The notes under the pieces are model-generated. The model ran no database searches. It saw only the letters and a list, made by a program, of their open reading frames with translations, and was not told the DNA's origin. A stretch of 64,000 nt of DNA from assembly GCA_964016885.1 (NCBI GenBank), contig OZ024743.1, positions 12,214,001 to 12,278,000 on the forward strand, read 5' to 3'. Source of the DNA: Eledone cirrhosa (taxonomy: Eukaryota). This document shows positions 11,226 to 25,545 of this stretch, in pieces; the stretch's first letter is position 1; every line of letters begins with the position of its first letter. The translations under genes and the position numbers were made by a program.

Positions 11226-13109
11226 CTGCTGCCCTCTATCATTAAAATATCTGGGAAACCTCTTATGAGATATAAGCTCGTAAGAAGCCAGCTTAATCCA
11301 CATAAGTGTGAGCTGTAAATTTAATTTTTTTTTTCTGGCCATTATGTGCCCTTTGCACAAGCCATTCTGTTGTAAATGAAGAATAATGCATAAATTGTAA
11401 TTTCCTCTTCCACTTCATCAGTCTCGGAAGTCCCGTTGGTCTCCCACCCCCATTTTACACTGTTACAAAATGCATGGCAGGACTTCATATGAGTACTGTG
11501 GGTATAGATACCCAACAAAATGAGAGGATTAGCCGAGTTAATTTGATCTAGACATACTACGTAATATCAAGTCCCCCTTGTTTTTGCAATCAGGACAATG
11601 AATTCACTCAACATTATTTTTTTCAAAATAATCCCGTTTTCATCATTCTTCTTCTTCTTCTTCTTCTGGTCGCTTGATTGATTAGTCAATATTCTCTTAA
11701 TCCTAGCTCGGATGAATCAGTTTCTTTTATTTTTTATTTTTCTATCTAAAGAAAAGAAGCTTTTCATCTAGTCTTTTTAAAACTTATTTTCACTTTTTTT
11801 AATCCATTAGTTCCCGAAAGGTTCTACATTATTCTATCATCAGGTAGGATGTTCACTGTAGGTTAAGATCACTATTACAGAACGATCCACGAAAGAAAAT
11901 TCTGACACATGTTGGTGACTTAAGTGTCAGATTGGAAATTAAAACAGAGCAACCATCTGCTATTTCCAGAAGACGATTACGCTGATTATCTAGATTTATT
12001 TATTGGTGGTGGGATAGTTATTTATTTGATTATTTTTGCTCTCGGTTTGAAATAAATGGCTTCAGAGGTTTTAGTAGTTATTTTGGAGATTGTTTTGTTG
12101 TTGTTACTGTTGCTGTTGTTGTTGTTGTTGTTTCAACACTAAAACGGTAGGGAATAAATATACTTGAAGTACATAGTTTCAAGCAGACACTTAGAAGAAA
12201 ATTGTTTCCTGGTAGATTTTATCTTGCTTTGCTTATTTTTTTCTATAATTATTCTTTTTTTTTTCCCCAATATCAATCAACAGCAACCATAATAACAACA
12301 AAAACGAAATCGATATGTGAATTTGCTTTGTTGTGTTCGATTTTGTTATTTTTATTTTAAGTGGTCGACTGTTGATTGATAGGGGGAGGGGGGTGCAACT
12401 GCAAGAAATAATAAACACGGTTGTATCAAGTACCAGAAATAATTATTTCTGACATAGACAAGGTATAACCGTGTGCTTAAAGAATTCGATTCGCAATTAT
12501 GTAGTTCCGGGTTCACTTTCATTCAGTGGCAGACCGAGGAAGTGTCATCTACCACTATTTATCAGTTTTCAGCGGCCCACTAACAATATAAAGATACTTT
12601 AATTTCTGCATTAGGCTCTTTTCATAACGACAGTATAGTATCGATTAATTCGATTGCAGTTTACACTTGGGAATTATACTATCGACTCCTGAAAATGAAA
12701 AATGTAAAAATTATCTTAACTGTTTTAAACATAATTACACATAAGGTGTCGCCAATCCAGGAACGAAATGATTGAACGAATAAAACTATCTCAAAAGTAG
12801 AAATTGCTGTCCTCCGATAGCTGATCTTCAGCGAACTCTATTAAATTATGGTTGTAGTTCATCGACCGAACTTATTGATCGAATTGATCTTTGATTGTAA
12901 ATGATAAGGAACCAAATGCGTCATTATAGAATATAAACGAGTCAGTTTTAAAGTAGCTCATAGATTTTTTTCAGACACTTCTTTAACCATATATAATATA
13001 TATTTCTCTTAGAAAATATAGAAAACGCAAATGCAGAAAATAACTGTCGATTGCTATATATAGTAGCTTAGAAATTTGAGTAAAACCCACTATAGACCCA
13101 TATGGATCT

Positions 13110-13157
13110 AGAAGCAAGCTGAAGAGGTCGTCACGAAGCTATAGTTCTGTATTTCTC
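13110..13157 (+). ncRNA. Degenerate minimal hammerhead ribozyme-like motif
   Basis: CTGAAGA-GGTCGTCAC-GAAG-CTATAG-TT, with a palindromic stem III loop, a mutated A15.1 and a weak stem I. Confidence 0.35.
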
Positions 13158-13188
13158 TTTAGTTTACATTCTTCATTCTTTCTCCATC

Positions 13189-13262
<74 letters not shown>

Positions 13263-13418
13263 ATGTATATATATATATATATGTGTGTGTATGTTAGGTG
13301 TGTAACTACATTTACAAGCTGCGCGCCGTTCGAAGCACTCAATACTCTTACGAGTCCATCTTGTGTTGGGTTGTATTCCTGAGTTAAGGTGGCTGGCGTG
13401 CGCAGAGTGTAAATAGAC

Positions 13419-13511
13419 TAAGTAGAATCGAAGTCATTGTTGCAGCATATGTACAAACTTTATTGACAATAAAGTTTGTCCATATACTGCAACACTGACT
13501 TCGATTCTACT

Positions 13512-13513
<2 letters not shown>
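13419..13513. repeat. 95-bp near-perfect palindrome (47-bp arms, 1-nt centre)
   Basis: 13419-13465 versus the reverse complement of 13467-13513 shows 3 mismatches by manual comparison. Confidence 0.95.
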
Positions 13514-13556
<43 letters not shown>

Positions 13557-15659
13557 TCTCTCTCACTCACTCACTCTCTCTTTCTCCCCTCTCTCTCTCT
13601 CTCTCTCTCTCTGTATATATATATATATAAAAAGTTATAACTAAATTAGTAATTCTCAAAGGAGAGTAGAGAATTAAACTTATAGAATGTAATTGCCAGC
13701 TTTTAAGAGAAAAGAATAGCTCAATGCGTTTATATAATACATAAAAGTTTGAAGAAGAATAGACATTAGCGTAGAAGAGTGGTTATATATATAAATGCAG
13801 AGCAAATATAGACAAAGGTATTAATGGAAAATTAATCTTCTTTCATCAAAGAACCGTATTTATTCTCTTACAATCGTTTCAAATAAGATATGACCTCGAA
13901 TTATTTAAAGTGTTGTTACAAAATTTGTTTTATATAGTCAATCTATAGAAATAGAAGTATGTATATCATCACAGCTCATTCTCCTCTGAGAGAAAAATAT
14001 ACTCATCGGTGAAGTTTTATGACCGAAAAATTTATATTACTTTTAACATAGAATATGTTATTTAAACGGAAAAAATAAAACGAAATTTCATTTCTCACTC
14101 TTAGTACGGCTGTTACTTAAATATAAGTATGTATACGTACATACATATATGTATACAGACGTACAGCAGTATGTATATATATATACATACATGCACAAAT
14201 ATATATATATGTACGTATGGATTCACCGAACATTTATTATAATGCTCGGTGTGTTTGTAAACAAACATCCCGAATTAAGCCGTAGAGTGTCTAGCAACCA
14301 TCGTTGCTCATTTGTTCAACACTGACAAAGGAACGATGTACTAGTTTCAAGCTTATTAGCTATCGTCAGCAACGTATACCTTCCTGCCAGATGATTGAAC
14401 GTCTGAAAGTATATACTTTCCTTATGCATATTAACGGCTGAGCAGCCTAATTTGCATATCGAGTGAGTTAATCTTAGGGTACCGGGTTTTGTATTTCACA
14501 TGAATGTTGGATGTTGACATATTGGTTTAAGAAGGATACACACGAAAATTCATCTAAGGAAAATAATTCATGGAAAATTAACCCAAAAAATAATTTTCTA
14601 AGATTAAATAAATTAGTTTGGGATAAGGTCATATTTGATTCCCTAAATCACAATTAATTAATTGGAACATTATGTGATACATCCTGAAGCGGACATAGTC
14701 ATGTTTGTATATTAATATTCCTCTAAAATTCTTTCACACTCCCATTCACAGAAGTATATTCACACACTCATATACCCATAATGTGTGGAGAAATATATAT
14801 ATACTGAGATATAAATACACTAGCGTTCCTGAACCTATAAACCATAACACATTTATTTACCTATGTCTAGGGGTACAAGCATACATTACATGTTAAATTC
14901 CTATAAGTGTATATTTCTGAGTATGCACATCCTTATGATAAGCTCCATATTTAAGGTATACGGACAATGCTAAGAAAAGAAAATTAAAAAGTAAGATAAG
15001 GGGGATATAAGTGGGATGCTTGGGTGATATAAAGATCTCTGAGAGAGATCAAGGAATAAGAAAGGCGATAAGGACAATTCATTACTAATTCGTTTCTAGT
15101 ATGCATGGGGTTAGGGGTAGATATTGTGATATAGTACGCCCCCGATAATCATAGATGACATGATTTTTTATTTCCATTGTATAGAGTAGATCTATCAAGA
15201 ATTTCTCAATGCATCTTACAGATGATTTTAGACTCGAATAAGTTAGCTATATACCGTGCTAAGGAAGTAGTGTGCTTCAGCTTATTATTTTTAAACGAAT
15301 TTAAGTGGGAATTATGTCGGGTCTTAAATGGATTAGCTCTGGCCTCGATATATGAACTACTAGAGTGCTGGGATTTTACCGTACATTTATATACTAAATT
15401 GTTAATTAGGAATAAGCCGCCAAGAGGACAATTGTATTTATGCGAAATTTAGTGTTTGGGTGTGTATTTGTGTGGCTGATATGATGTATGCGTGTGCATC
15501 TTGGCAGTAATGTAGCGCGTTATAGTAAGATAATAATTGATCTGACTGACGGTAAGGGACTCCAAAACAGGCTATTTCATCTGGAATTGGGTGGAAATAT
15601 GGACTAAACTGTACAATGCTAGACTACTCCATATTCAGATCGGCAATCATTTAAATCGA

Positions 15660-15815
15660 GTTCAGTAATTCATTTGTACTTTATTTTATCAACCCCGAAA
15701 CAATGAAAGGTAATATTAACCTCCGCAAGGTGTGAAATGAGAATGCAACGGGGTGAAACGAATAACTTTAGACCATCTTGCGTTATTTCTTCCGGTGCTT
15801 TATGATCTGAGTTCA
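15660..15815 (-). mobile_element. Diverged SINE (Meta-like)
   Basis: Reverse contains TTTCATTGTTTCGGGGTTGATAAAATAAAGTAC. Confidence 0.55.
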
Positions 15816-16141
15816 GATCTTGCCGAAGTAGATTTTCCGAATCTTTAAAAGTAAATCTACACTCCCTACACTTAGAATATTTTGTGACCTTAGACCTAAA
15901 TAAAAATTCATTATTGTTATTATAGAAACGACTGAAAACAGACACCTTTCTCTTCGGCCAAATTTTCATTATTTTCTTTAAGTAACATTTGATGAAGAAA
16001 GTAGCTGTGGAGAAGATGCTATTCTCCAGTAAACTTGCTGAAAGATGAATAAGAGTGGTATGGCCCGAAATTATAATTTGTCCTTATGATATTCCATCAA
16101 CTGTCGCTCTTGTTAGGAATAGAAATTATAATAATTATCAT

Positions 16142-17230
16142 TGGCAGTGGATTGGCAGTATCAGTAGAGGGTCGGACACCATGCTTTGCAGCAATGAGTT
16201 ACTGCCCTTTATGGTCTGAGTTCAAATCCCGCCGAGGTTAACTTTGCCTTTCATCCTTACGGGGTCGATAAAATAAAGTACCAGTAATACACTGGGATAA
16301 TTACTGGCCTTGTGCCAAAAGTAGCAACAATTATTGGCAGTATCGGCAAAGTGTCGGACACCATGCTTGGCCCTTTACATTCTGAATTTAAATCCCACCG
16401 AGCTTAGCTTTGCCTTTCATAATTACGGGGGAGATAAAATAAAGCATAAGTAATGCACTGGGGTCGATTTAATTGAATTTCCCCTACCTTAAATATTGCT
16501 GGCCTTGTGCCTAAAGTAGAAACAATTATTATTATTATTGGCAGTAACGGTAAAGTGACGGACACTATCAGAAATCATTACTATGGCGGTGGATTGGCAG
16601 TATCGGTAGAGAGTCGGGCGTCATGCTTTGATGCATAGAGTTACGGCCCTTGCCATTCTGAGTTCAAACCCCGCCGAGGTCAACTTTGCCTTTCATCCTT
16701 ACGGGGTCGATAAAATAAAGTACCAGTAATGTACTGGGTAATTGCTGGCCTTGTGCCAAATGTAGAAACAATTATTATGGTTTGGCGGTAGATTGGCAGT
16801 ATCGGTAGAGGGTCGGAGCCATGCTTTGCAGCATAAGTTACGGTCCTTTATGATCTGAGTTCAAATCCCACCGAGGTTAAATTTGACTTTTATCCTCACG
16901 GGATCGATACAATAAAGTACCAGTCACGCACTGGGTCGATATAATCGACTTTCCCCTCCCCAAAATTGCTGGCCTTGTGCCATATAAGAAACCATTATTA
17001 TTATTATGGTTGTTGTAAGGATGATGGATGGTAGTATTAGTAACGCATCATACAAAAATGTTTTTTCGTATTATGAGGCTTTATATCATCAGTTCGAATC
17101 CCACCGGGAGTTGACTTTTCCTTTCTTCCTTCTGAGTTTGATGAAATGTAGCTGTCAAGTATTTATTCAATGTAACCAACTATTTACCTTCTTAAAATGT
17201 GTGAGCCTGTGTTTATAATAAGAATCTTTG
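16142..17230 (+). mobile_element. Tandem array of 5-6 SINE copies (Meta-like) joined at ATT tails
   Basis: TGGCAGTA head restarts at ~16142, 16335, 16540 (partial), 16585 and 16784, plus a diverged copy from ~17025. Confidence 0.9.
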
Positions 17231-17269
17231 TTGCTGTTGTTGTTTCGTAGTGGGTGTTCAGAAATGACA

Positions 17270-17640
17270 GAATAATGGACAATATGGCCCTAACAAGCAG
17301 GTAGCACGTTACTGCCTCCACTGGATGTTTTTCCCTCGATTAAGGGCCTCAACCCGGAACACTGAACTCTCCTATTTCTTCCTGATAGGTTAGAGTTAAT
17401 TAGTTTGAACCTTAAATTCGTGTTTGCTTTAATAATTTTGTTTTTATTTATGATTTTCTTAAAGAAATATGTTTGTGTAACAAGACTTGGATAAAAGTTT
17501 ACGATATTTAGTTATTGTTTTTATCTTTGTTTTTAGGTTATCTATCTTTTAAAAGTTCTTCTTGATTTTACTTTTGTTGTTGTCGTCGCCATGTTTACTG
17601 TTACGTCATTATTCCAGTAGGGGGTTGGAGCAGGTGAATG
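17270..17640 (+). mobile_element. Possible Penelope-like terminal repeat remnant with decayed hammerhead motif
   Basis: CTCGATTAAGGGCCTCAACCCGGAACACTG resembles a PLE-type CTGATGAAGGG...CCCGAAAC motif, followed by a T-rich tail. Confidence 0.3.
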
Positions 17641-17738
17641 TATAGTGGATGTAAAATAACGTTTTGCATTGCTCATTTATTTAGTGTTTTCTGCTTTGTA
17701 AAAAAAAGTTCACTACCGTCACCATCACCGCTATCGCT

Positions 17739-17853
<115 letters not shown>

Positions 17854-18309
17854 ATAAATAAAGAACAGATTTTCTTTTAGACATTTTATATAGAAAACAC
17901 GACTATGCTCCATTTTGATCATTGTATTTCGTACTTCCCTATTAGTTCTTTATGTTTAGTTTAAAAGGATAGAGATCCTAAATCCATGTGTGAATTAACG
18001 TTTTGAAGCCTTCGCAACTCCTTCAGAATCGGAATGGTCATAATAGTGGCGTACTGGTCACGTGCTTAGCAGTACGTAAAGAATTATGGGAGTGATAGGA
18101 AATTGATCAGAATCTCGCCCTCACTCTTTATCTTCCTATCTCTTCCAATCTCCCTTTTGTTTTGAATTTCATTCTCTTTCTCTGTATATATACAGGGTTT
18201 CCCCCCAAAAAATGTAAATACAAAGGCAGTGCATTATAAAAAATATTACCTGTACAGGTAATCAAAGTGTGTATGCAGTTTTTGGTATACCATGTCTGTG
18301 ATGTGTGTG

Positions 18310-18348
<39 letters not shown>

Positions 18349-18764
18349 CACTTCCTCTCTTTCTCACTCCTTTACTCTCATTTGCACATTCTCTTCCAGG
18401 TTCATCCTTACACCTACTTTCCCACCAATAGGCATGAAGCATTTCAATAAAATTACCAATCTTATGAAAAATAAAACATCTGATGCTTTGGAAAAAACAA
18501 CAGAAAGATGTTTAAAGCTAGCTAAAAGCATTGTTCCTAATTTTACAGAGCATATATTATCTGTATTGGAAAAACACTAAGGGATATTTGAAATTTAGAA
18601 TATTGTCGTCCCAACCCAAATGATCGTATTAATAGTCAATCAAAAAAATAATAGTTGAGAAAAGGAGATAAGGTACCCCTGGAGGGGGAAAGGTGAACAG
18701 AGGCACCTGCAAAGGATTGAAACATGCATCTCTCGCTCTCTCTCACGCACTTACTCACATACCC

Positions 18765-20620
<1,856 letters not shown>

Positions 20621-21139
20621 TATAAGAGAGATATATTTTAACTTTAATTATATCTCATAAAATAATACAACTGGCTTTCCACAAAATACATATAGTTAGC
20701 ACCCCAAACACTTAAATTGGGTTTATACTAACATATAACCTAATGTTTGTTGAGTGAGATGGTTACCAGTCAGAGTTTACAAATCCAAAGAGATCTGTTT
20801 CGCCAGTAAGTTGTTGACAGAAATGGAATAACCCCGGTTCCTCAGACAACACTAAGAGAATTTTAAAATGTTATATAGTTATAGAGGTATTTAAGTTTTA
20901 TATAGTTATAGAGGTATTTATTTACGCTTTAATTTATATTTTTAATTATCGTGTCTATAGTCTGCCTTTCATAGGTTATAGATTCCATACACTGGTGGTT
21001 TTTTCCCTGTTTTATTGATAGCGCACTGTATATCTCTAGTGTGTTATCTTTTCAACATATTGTATTTTATGTATATATATATATTGAACATATGATGTAG
21101 AATAGAACTAACAACTGTTGGATTGTGAAATAAAAAGAT

Positions 21140-22530
21140 GATACGGAACAGACACGGAAGCCTGCTTTAAAGATAAAGGAAATGAAATAAAATAAGCAGT
21201 CCACCAAAATGATACAAAGTCACTGTATAAACTTAACAACAGTGGGTTGTTCAGTTGGAAAACAACACCGACTAAGCAAGCGGGGTGATCAAAGCACGAT
21301 AAAGCAACAATTCTACTGACAAGTTCAAATATTAGCTAAGCTACAGAAGCACAGAAGCCGAAGTACTGTAACATCGTTGAACAAATTCCAGGTCAGCTTC
21401 TGGTATCAAGAGAAGTTCAGTGGCGGCATAGTGTGATAATCAAAGAAATATAGTCACAGCTGCTGTTAGTACTGGGCAAGCCCTTTTTCAGCGAGCTTCT
21501 ACGTCGATTCCGGGAGGGCTTTGACGCAAGGTTACGGAAAGAACAGGCCGGATTCAAACAAGGGCTATCATGCTGCGAACAATTCTAGTAGTGTTTGAAG
21601 TTCCAGCGACTGTTGACCATATATTTTATTAATTAAAATAACATTCGACGGTATCCATCGAATGACAAAAATCTACTACAATTATAAGTCCAGCTGCTGG
21701 GTGAAAACGGAAATTAGGGAGACTAGATACTTTGACATCAACACCAAGGTTCGTCAAGTATGCAACCTGTTGCCATTCCATTTCCTAGTAACTGTAGAAT
21801 TAGGATTCAAAAGGCAGTCAACAATAATGAATATGGCATCCGGTGGAAAGGTCAACGATGGTAGGACAGCTCGGGTTTTTCTGATGCTATTGCATTGTTG
21901 GCAAAACCTAAAAGAGTTTCTAGAAGGACTGAGTGAAGAGGCACAAAAGAACGGACTTAAAATTAACGCAGAAAATACGAAGGCCTTAGGAACCTAAAGA
22001 ACTATCATGATAGTTGAAATCTAGTGACGAAGATATGAACTGATTCGCGTACCTTGGCAGTATTCACTGCAATGATTGAGACTCTGAAACTGGCATCAAA
22101 TGCAGAATTAAAAAAATGACAGAATATCAGCAAATAGGCATAAACACACGGGACACAAATAACAAAATGTATCTGTGCAATGACATCAGATTACCAACAG
22201 TTCTATATGCAAGCGGGGCGTAGAAGAAAAGTGAAAAGAAAATGTTGGATGTCTTTCACTAAAGATGTATGAGGATAAAACTAAGATTTTTATATCACGA
22301 TCTATCAGAAACAACGAAAATTTAAGAAGAGCATCATCGTGAATATTCCAAGTATTAAGATGAATTCAACCAAAAAGAAAGTGAAGACGTGCCATAAGCC
22401 ACGTTGGGTCGATCTTTACAGAAAGACCAGAAGGTTGTCAACAGACACAGAAAATAAAAAAATGAAGTACGGAGAATCGATCAAGAACACTAGAGGGTGA
22501 CTACTGTCCTATGCGCGAGAAGGACTGCTT
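21140..22530 (+). mobile_element. Old RTE-clade LINE remnant (RT and 3' end)
   Basis: Broken frames give EQAGFKQGLSCCEQ, FDGIHR, KVRQVCNLLPFHF (GVRQGCxLSPxLF-like), GLKINAENTKAL and YLGS. Confidence 0.75.
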
Positions 22531-22538
22531 ATATATAA

Positions 22539-22615
<77 letters not shown>

Positions 22616-22636
22616 AGGAAAAACCCTCCATCTCAA

Positions 22637-22680
22637 TTCTACTTTTGAAAAGCACAAGAACTGCGAAACCGGTAAAGGAA
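22637..22680 (+). ncRNA. Minimal type I hammerhead ribozyme-like motif with U3-A8 core variant
   Basis: ttc[ta]ctt-TTGAAAA-GCA(caagaac)TGC-GAAA-CCGG-TA-aaggaa. Stems I and II pair, and stem III is 1 bp with a palindromic CCGG loop. Confidence 0.55.
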
Positions 22681-22885
22681 CCAAATAAATATTTTTAAAA
22701 AGACTTCAGTTGCATTTTCGATTTCATCCTTTTTCCTTATACTTTCACTCGTGTAGTACATCTCGTTTTTTTTTTCATTTTGTAAAAAAACCTCATTTTC
22801 TAATATATATATATATATTTCGTTTCTGAATTTGTTTAGCAAGATTCTTTATCTGAAATCGTCTGTTGAAACCCTCCCAAAGTAT

Positions 22886-22936
<51 letters not shown>

Positions 22937-22940
<4 letters not shown>

Positions 22941-23006
22941 GTCATCAAGTATGAAATTTGTAGAAATTTGTTTTTTTTTCTTACAAATTTCAAACTTGAC
23001 GACCCA

Positions 23007-23007
<1 letters not shown>
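22937..23007. mobile_element. Tiny Tc1/mariner-type MITE (hairpin) flanked by TA
   Basis: TTGGGTCATCAAGTATGAAATTTGTA / TACAAATTTCAAACTTGACGACCCAA form 26-bp TIRs with 2 mismatches, with TA on both sides. Confidence 0.75.
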
Positions 23008-23068
<61 letters not shown>

Positions 23069-23070
<2 letters not shown>

Positions 23071-23111
23071 ACGACCAGAAGAGAGCTAATGAGATCGAGA
23101 TACATCTGTGC
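23069..23111 (+). ncRNA. Degenerate minimal hammerhead-like motif
   Basis: gcacgac-CAGAAGA-GAGCT(aatg)AGATC-GAGA-TACA-TC-tgtgc, with two core substitutions. Confidence 0.3.
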
Positions 23112-23449
23112 TTTTGCTGTTGAAACTTTTGTAACTTGAATTTCCATTCATTTTTTAACTTTGGTATCCAATTATTTTCCTTTTATTTTCCTTTCCTTAT
23201 CACTCATACATGCCAACACATTCCTCTCTAATCATCTTTTCACCCAACCTCACAACTTTCCGTTTCTCCGTAGCGGCCACTCTGCACAATTATCCGTTTT
23301 TAGGGGTATTTTTAACCGATTTCCATGCTGTTAACGGCATTCGGCTCATTTAACAGCTATTTCTTGCCTTTCAGTTTCCCATTCTTCTATGATCTTCATA
23401 TTACCTTAACGCTTCGGTTCAATAATTTTCGATACACCTAATATTTGTT

Positions 23450-23544
23450 TACACACGCACACACACACACACATACGCGCATACATACATATACATACAT
23501 ACACACACACATACGTACATACATACATACATACATACATACAT

Positions 23545-23579
<35 letters not shown>

Positions 23580-23712
23580 TACATGCATGCATGCATACAT
23601 ACATACATACACACACATACATACATACATGAATATATACATACATACATACATACATACATACATACATACATACATACATACATACATACATACATAC
23701 ATACATACATAC
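23450..23712. repeat. (CA)n/(CATA)n microsatellite
   Basis: Seen directly in the sequence. Confidence 0.98.
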
Positions 23713-25020
23713 TACCTCAGAAGAGTAAAGAAAACATGGTCATCAGAACTGTCAGCGTACAACAAATACATTGCCCACAATACTTATGCTGTGCCAATTC
23801 TAACGCCAACATTTGGCCTACTGAACTGGTCATTGCAAGAACTAAGTGAGATGGATGTTAGAACTCGCAAACTTCTCAGTGTTACTGGGAACTTTAACAT
23901 CAATGGTGATGTGGATAGGCTATACTTCTCACGCAAGGAAGGTGGCCGGGGTCTCAAATCCATATTAACATCATATGAGACCCGGATAGTAACACTGAAG
24001 CAACATCTTCAACAGAGGAAAAAGGTTGGCAACCATCTTGCCCAGGTTTATGAGCATGAAAAAAGAAATATCATTAGAATAGCGACTGATCTGGAGGAGA
24101 GATATGGAATAAAGCCTGATATAAATCTCTCACCCAGAGAAATCGGAAGATCCTATTCAATGTTCAAACAAGATGAAAAAATTGACCAATTTACAGAAAA
24201 TGTTGTGCATGGATACTTGAGACCATAGAGGGGATAAACCACTCAAAAAGCCTGGCATGGAGTTCCGACAAGTTTATGACATCACACCTTGAGGGATATC
24301 TCTATGCAATACAGGAACAAGAACTCCCTACCAAATATCTGCTACACAAAAGGGGAGGGCCATCAGCTGACAATAAATGTAGGCTATGTAAAACAAAGAT
24401 CGAGGATGTAAGCCACATTGTTGCCAGCTGCGAAAGAATGTCATCTCGCTACTACCTCCCCATGAGACACGATGGGATAGCTAGAACCATCTTGAACGCA
24501 CTTCGGAAAACAAAATTAACAACAAACGAGGAAGAATATATTGAGACAGATGGCACTAAGGAATACTGGTGGAACCTGAAAATAAAAACTGTCACCAAAT
24601 TAAAGCACAGCCTGATATTGTTGTTTGGGACCACACATTGAAAACGTGTTCTGTTGTGGAGATCAGCTGCCCACTTGATGTAAACGTTACCAGAAAAATA
24701 CAGGAGAAGGAGGACATCTACGGACCATTGATGAGGAGTTTACAAATCCAGTATGCAAAATACACCTTTAGCTTCATACCCATCATTATTGGAGCTACGG
24801 GTTATATACCAACCTGCTTGGACCAAGGTATGACTGAACTTGGATTTGCGGACAAAGAGCGCAGCTCCCTAATTCATAGTCTACAAATGGCTGCGATAGC
24901 TGGCACCTTCAAAATTTGCAAAACATTCTTGCGATTCAAGGGATGACAATTTCTTTTCTTTTACATCCTTGCCACCAGGAAGGTGGCCGGTCAAAAAAAT
25001 ATACTCGAAATTAAGAGAAA
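23713..25020 (+). mobile_element. R4/Dong-clade RLE non-LTR retrotransposon, 5'-truncated copy 1
   Basis: DVDRLYFSRKEGGRGLKS (RT thumb), CRLC-x7-HIVASC zinc motif, RHD, and PDIVVWD...VVEISCPLD (PD-(D/E)xK-type endonuclease). A short 3'UTR runs directly into (CATA)n. Confidence 0.92.
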
Positions 25021-25474
25021 CATACATACATACATACATACATACATACATACATACATACATACATACATACATACATACATACACAAAGAGAGACATA
25101 AAGTGTTGTTGGAATATAGGAAAGACTAAAACGATGAAAACATATATTGATTGATAGACAAGCCGACTGAGAGATTTATAATGCATTTATACCAAAGCTA
25201 AAAGTGATAGAAAAAATGTGACGGTATGTATGTGTGAATACATACACATACATACGTAGATGCATATGTACATACATATATACGTACGTACGTACATACG
25301 TACATGCATACATACATACGTACACACATACATACATACATACATACATACATACATACATACATACATACATACATACATACGTGCATACATACATACG
25401 TGCATACGTACATACATGCATGCATGCATACCTACCTACCTACCTACCCCCTACCTGCATGCATGCATGCATGC

Positions 25475-25505
<31 letters not shown>

Positions 25506-25545
25506 CATACATACATACATACATACATACATACATACATACATA
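25021..25545. repeat. (CATA)n arrays with a short unique spacer (~25090-25235)
   Basis: Seen directly in the sequence. Confidence 0.95.

Noticed and set aside
20808-20852. Minus-strand hammerhead (CTGAGGA...GTC with GTTGT/ACAAC stem)
   Set aside because: No GAAA core segment, so too degenerate to call.
25234-25545. His/Thr/Tyr-rich N-terminus of the 468-aa RT ORF as a domain fusion
   Set aside because: It is read-through from flanking (CATA)n into a 5'-truncated element.
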